From Catajapyx aquilonaris (lineage: Eukaryota): 36,115 bases of DNA. Position 1 is the first letter of the stretch, and each line of letters begins with the position of its first letter. The position numbers and the translations under genes are program-made. This document shows positions 33,470 through 36,115 of the stretch, piece after piece. The notes below the pieces were generated by a model. The model did not search any database and had not been told where the DNA came from. It worked only from the letters and a program-made list of their open reading frames with translations. The DNA lies in the NCBI GenBank assembly GCA_000934665.2, contig KZ539029.1:1-36115 (forward strand). Reading direction: 5' to 3'.

Positions 33470-33894
33470 GTGTTGTTGTTGTTGTTGTTGTTGTTGTGTA
33501 TAGGGAGAAAGGATTCTGACTTCGAAGAGACTTACCTATATGCATCACCATAATAATGATGACCAAGTAGGCAAACGGGGGGAAGGGGGGAGTCAGGAAA
33601 GGAACGACACCGTAAGGGAAAAAGAGGTTTTTGGACAGTGCAGTAGGAGAGTAGAGTAGGAGAGTAGGAGATCGTGACACACCCCCCCCCTCCCCCACTG
33701 NCGCACCATCGCATCGCCCTAAGAAGGCCCGAGCCTGACGCGCTTGGAGCTGTTGGACGCTGCATGCTGGACACTCGGAGATGGACAACACAGGAGCTTC
33801 CTTTCGAGTGTGGGACAAGTCAGAGCGCTATGCTTAGGACTCTGAAAGACTGAAAGGTCCCAGGAAGTTGACATCCTCACTGGTTCCTCACCAT
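33470..33894 (-). mobile_element. 3' end of a non-LTR retrotransposon (zinc-knuckle remnant, 3'UTR, (ACA)n tail), interrupted by the hAT
   Basis: Minus-strand CP...KEAPVLSISECPA resembles the LINE C-terminal C-x-C...H...ECP knuckle; C-rich 3'UTR; (TTG)n at 33470-33496 is the tail. Confidence 0.45.
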
Positions 33895-34658
33895 CAGTGG
33901 TGGGCACAGATCCATTAATCAGTTAACCATTAATAACGGAAGTTAAATTGTGGGTTAATTGATTAACGTTTTCGTTAACTTTTCAAACAGTTAATGGACC
34001 AATTAACTTCCACTAACTGTAAGTTTAGTTCCGTTAAATGTAAGTCCGTTAACAGAACCTTGTGAAGATGTGGGTCGAGGCTGGATCGAAGGGGGTGTTA
34101 ACAGATGACGCATTCTTGGGGCAGAAAGTTTTAATTGACCTTTTTATCCAGTATAACACCACAATCCCATCGAGTGCTGCTGTCGAGAGATTGTTCTCGA
34201 TGGGAAAAGACATCCTCAAGCCCAAAAGAGCCACGCTCTCGGACACAACTTTTGAAAGATTGGTTTTTATGAGGGGAAACCATCATCATTGGTTAATAAA
34301 TGAATGATGGAGTCATGTATGCTAATGCTAACCAATAAACTTTTTTGGTGTTTGAATTATTTTGTTTAATACTTTTTGTATGGAACAGGTAATAGCGTAA
34401 CTGAATTAGGCGTATGTTGTAGCAGTGCTCTCTCGTTAACTTTAGCACTCTTTAGCACTCTAGGTCTGTTTTTATTTTTTAAAGGGTCCTAGATAAAAAG
34501 GTTAAATTCATAAAATAAAAGTTAACTTTAGTTGTTAACGTTAACTTCCATTAATTTTTCTAGCCATTTAACGTTTTACATTTAATGAAGTTACATTTTT
34601 TAGTTACTTGATTAACGGTTAATGAAGTTAAATTTTCGGTTAACTGTGCCCACCACTG
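33895..34658 (+). mobile_element. Internally deleted hAT transposon retaining the transposase C-terminus
   Basis: Perfect 15-bp TIR CAGTGGTGGGCACAG / CTGTGCCCACCACTG; perfect 8-bp TSD ctcaccat (33887-33894, 34659-34666); GTTAAC/TTAAC subterminal repeats. Confidence 0.93.
34062..34307 (+). pseudogene. hAT transposase C-terminal dimerisation domain fragment
   Basis: LFIQYNTTIPSSAAVERLFSMGKDILKPKRATLSDTTFERLVFMRGN contains the hATC PxSxxxERLFS signature. Confidence 0.9.
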
Positions 34659-34854
34659 CTCACCATCTCTTTGAGGTGCAAAAGAGCCACCATTTTACGT
34701 TCGGTTGGAACTCGATCGCATTGAGATCGAGGGCGATGGTTTTTCAAACGGTTTGTTCATAACACATAATGTTGAACATAATATTTCATGTAGGGTGACA
34801 CCATTTCCAAATTTCCAAAAAGAAGGGCATAGATGCTCTGTATAGGCTGTGTAC

Positions 34855-34965
34855 CAGGGATGGAAAAAGAACCGCTTCTTTGGGCGGTAAGCGGTTCTTT
34901 TTCTATCCCTGCACATGGAAAAAAGAAGCGCTTCTTGGAAGGAAGCGGTACTTTTTCCATCCCTG
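34855..34965. mobile_element. 111-bp hAT-type MITE built from two tandem hairpin units
   Basis: TIR CAGGGATGGAAAAAG / CTTTTTCCATCCCTG; perfect 8-bp TSD ctgtgtac (34847-34854, 34966-34973). Confidence 0.9.
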
Positions 34966-35701
34966 CTGTGTACACAATATTACTTGTATAATACGCCTTG
35001 TTACTTCTTCATAACCGAATCTACGATTTCATACGTCGTATTTAATGTCTCTGTCTCTATCAAGTGAGTGATGGCCAATAGTTTCACATTTATCTGTTCT
35101 CTTCCTCATCAGATGCAGGACAGAGCTCCTGTTCACATAAACCGCCTGGAGGAGGAGCAAGAAATGCAGAGAACGCTCGAAGGAATATTGCAGCACCATC
35201 ATCACGGTCATCACCGTCATACCTAGCAGAATCTATATCTACACGTATGTGCGATTATGCAGATTAACTTTTTTCATATAATGCGTATTGTGCCCATATC
35301 TGTGGATCGGAAAAAAACAAAAACAAGCTTGCTAATAAAGAACCTTAATTATCCCTCAATAAATTCTTCCTTGTTGAGATTCCAGGTCAATTACGAGTAA
35401 TTACGGCGTGCAGAGGGAGGTTGGCCATGCAGGTCTTCAAGGAGGCAAGTAGTACAGCATTATTATGAAGGAAATTTCGAATCAAAAAGGGTTCGATTTT
35501 ATAGCACGTGATTGCCTCTATACATTAAAATACGTTACTCAAGTATTCGTTCGAGTTATAAACACTTTAACTTTACTGTCATGGAGTTTTATGCAGAGAA
35601 AAACATGTCAAAATATTCTTGCAAGTCATTAGCACATCTTGAAGTGATGGCACCCTTTCTTTACAATAAGTACATGCTGGAGAGAGTATCAGTATCGAAG
35701 T

Positions 35702-35770
35702 AGCGCAGTGGCCTAGTGGTTAAGACGCTCACTTCGTAACCTGAAGGTTGCCGGATCGAATCCTGAAAAT
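35702..35770 (+). mobile_element. tRNA-like SINE head or tRNA pseudogene (CGT at the anticodon position)
   Basis: A-box TGGCCTAGTGG, degenerate B-box GGATCGAATCC; acceptor and anticodon stems do not pair well. Confidence 0.55.
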
Positions 35771-35902
35771 AACACGTCATTTCTTTTTATCGCTATGGAC
35801 CTTTCTCGCTGTTACTTTATCTGACGTTTCACATTTATTTCTCTTTGAACTGCATCCGGTAAATAGGCTAGACCCTTCCAACACTCACACTCTCGTTGCA
35901 CC

Positions 35903-35972
35903 AGAGCGTGGCTTTGTGGTAACGCATCAGACTCCCAATCGGGAGATGTGGGTTCAAATCCCGGATCTCTAC
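35903..35972 (+). mobile_element. Second tRNA-like SINE head or tRNA pseudogene (CCC at the anticodon position)
   Basis: A-box TGGCTTTGTGG and B-box GGTTCAAATCCC; imperfect stems. Confidence 0.55.
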
Positions 35973-36115
35973 AGTTGAGAGTCAGAAAAAAAATTTTGCA
36001 GCCGACATCTCTGGCCAAGATGGCGACTGTTCCTTCGCAGTTTCCTTAACACTTCTTCAGAGGTGTCGGAGGAGCAGCGAAGAGGGGGGGAAGGGTGGAG
36101 AGGGGAAGGGTGGAG

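Noticed and set aside
35702..35972. Functional tRNA-Thr(CGT) and tRNA-Gly(CCC) genes
   Set aside because: Cloverleaf stems are poorly paired and no immediate oligo-T terminator follows; treated as SINE heads or pseudogenes.

Overview
Eukaryotic, arthropod-like genomic DNA with one 129-N assembly gap. The only intact protein-coding gene is a + strand, 11-exon gene (ATG 8355, stop 26042, about 1199 aa). It encodes a signal peptide, a long Pro/Ser/Thr mucin-like region, EGF, SEA, calcium-binding EGF, EGF, a transmembrane helix and a cytoplasmic tail, which I recognise as a Drosophila pawn (pwn) homologue. Its 43-nt signal-peptide exon is separated from the rest by a 12.6-kb intron. The remainder is dense with small non-autonomous transposons (hAT, Chapaev-3-like, Tc1/pogo, piggyBac, PIF/Harbinger, P-like, foldbacks and a DINE-1-like Helentron element), often nested, plus tRNA-derived SINEs, LINE fragments and microsatellites. 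The most notable observation is a frameshifted, stop-interrupted minus-strand segment at about 31.3-32.9 kb. Its translation retains RdRp motifs A, B and C in order, with an alphavirus-like MMKS motif B, so it is a probable non-retroviral endogenous viral element from a toga-like +ssRNA virus. It lies next to a cluster of long hairpin-forming elements. All homology calls come from manual reading and recalled motifs; no database search was run.
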